Source: Cylindrospermopsis raciborskii Cr2010 (GTDB lineage: Bacteria > Cyanobacteriota > Cyanobacteriia > Cyanobacteriales > Nostocaceae). Taken from it: a stretch of 32,000 nucleotides of DNA. The stretch spans positions 1,410,001 to 1,442,000 of the forward strand of contig NZ_CP065936.1 of the NCBI RefSeq assembly GCF_003367075.2, in the 5' to 3' direction. Positions 31,077-32,000 of the stretch are shown in pieces. Both the position numbers and the translations under genes were made by a program. The notes beneath the pieces were generated by a model. That model did no database searches. It was not told the origin of the DNA and was given only the letters and a program-made list of their open reading frames with translations. Every line of letters begins with the position of its first letter. Position 1 is the first letter of the stretch.

Positions 31077-32000
31077 TCATCTTTGTTTTAAATACTGGAG
31101 AATTCCCTGAGCAATGGCCTGGGCCATTTGATTTTGGTAGGTAGACCTTTGTAAATTAGCCACATCCTCTTCTCCCGTTAGATAACCAAGTTCTACCAAA
31201 ATCGAGGGTATAGAATTTTTTCTCAGAACATAAAACCTTGCCTTCCTTACTCTTCTGTCCCTGACATTGACATTTTGCAAAATTTTGTTGTGAACAGTTC
31301 GTGCTAAGTCTAAACCACTATCATAATAATAGGTTTCTAATCCGCTAACTTCAGGACGATTAAGACCTGCTGAGTTAGCATGAATACTAACAAATATATC
31401 AGCTCCAGTGCGCTGTGCCATTTCCACCCTTCCTGGAAGGGTGACAAAGTAGTCAGCATCTCTGGTTAATACGGTCTCTACGCCATTTTCTTGCAGAATT
31501 TTAGCAATTCTTAGGCTAATGGGCAAAATAATATCTTTTTCCTGCACTCCAGCAATCCCTATAGCTCCTGGATCTTTGCCACCATGTCCTGGATCAATCA
31601 TGACTAGCAATTTACCCTTGGGGGTAGTGCGACGAGGACGAGGTTGGGGATTGGTTTCTGGTTTGGCGTTGGGATCTGGTAAGTGATTACTTCCACCCTG
31701 ATCTAGGGGGGGTAAGCCAATTGGCGATCTTACCTGACTGGTCCTTTGGATTGGCAAAGACAACATTCCGTTGCTAGTTTGACCAAGTTGACCAATACGA
31801 ACTCCTGATGCTGGTTGTACTAGAATAATTACATTGTTTAACGTCCCAGACTGGACACGCACTCCCAATACTGGACTGTTAGGTGGTAGATTGACTCTGG
31901 AAGCTTGAGGTGCTAATTTGGCATTATTAATACTAATGCGAAACATGGCGGAACCTCTGTCCCAACCTGTAGTTACAGATGATTTCTGACCGCCTTTAAT
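31077..32000 (-). CDS. amiC: N-acetylmuramoyl-L-alanine amidase, AmiC type (AMIN domain, Pro-rich linker, Amidase_3 domain); 5' end lies outside the window
   Basis: The catalytic domain shows MIDPGHGGKDPGA...SIHANS...E.GY. Upstream is a Pro-rich linker and an AMIN-like segment. The reading frame stays open from the ATG at 31946 to the window edge, so the gene is truncated by the window. It sits next to murI, as I recall for the amiC genes of Nostocales. Confidence 0.85.
   Translation of the reverse strand: MKGGQKSSVTTGWDRGSAMFRISINNAKLAPQASRVNLPPNSPVLGVRVQSGTLNNVIILVQPASGVRIGQLGQTSNGMLSLPIQRTSQVRSPIGLPPLDQGGSNHLPDPNAKPETNPQPRPRRTTPKGKLLVMIDPGHGGKDPGAIGIAGVQEKDIILPISLRIAKILQENGVETVLTRDADYFVTLPGRVEMAQRTGADIFVSIHANSAGLNRPEVSGLETYYYDSGLDLARTVHNKILQNVNVRDRRVRKARFYVLRKNSIPSILVELGYLTGEEDVANLQRSTYQNQMAQAIAQGILQYLKQR

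Overview
This window looks like a chromosomal segment from a filamentous, heterocyst-forming (Nostocales-type) cyanobacterium. That call rests on the 16S sequence read by eye, frequent HIP1 octamers (GCGATCGC), AT-rich coding sequence and gene content (petJ, hemJ, ctp protease, amiC next to murI). No database search was possible. Most of the window is housekeeping: cobO, dacB, hemJ, mutT, a group-2 sigma factor, carB, a TonB-like protein, petJ, rpsN, tRNA-Tyr and tRNA-Thr, a Ctp protease, serA, prmA, thioredoxin, murI and a partial amiC. A complete rrn operon (16S-23S-5S) lies on the + strand at about 20020-24757, with a short ITS that carries no tRNA. The most unusual structure is an ORF-free array of about 1.1 kb (24771-25889) directly 3' of the 5S gene. 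It consists of 11 tandem terminator-like modules, each with one HIP1 site, and three modules carry the same small hairpin element at the same position. Related hairpin elements abut the stop codons of three other genes. Accessory-looking items are a compositionally atypical AAA-ATPase/PD-(D/E)xK gene (2344-3906), a membrane protein with a 4-Cys zinc ribbon and a kinase N-lobe but no catalytic lobe (4903-6063), and a decayed TnpB fragment (16766-16963). I found no convincing new multi-gene system: no CRISPR-cas, defence island or biosynthetic cluster. The array downstream of 5S is the best candidate for something undescribed, and its function is only inferred.
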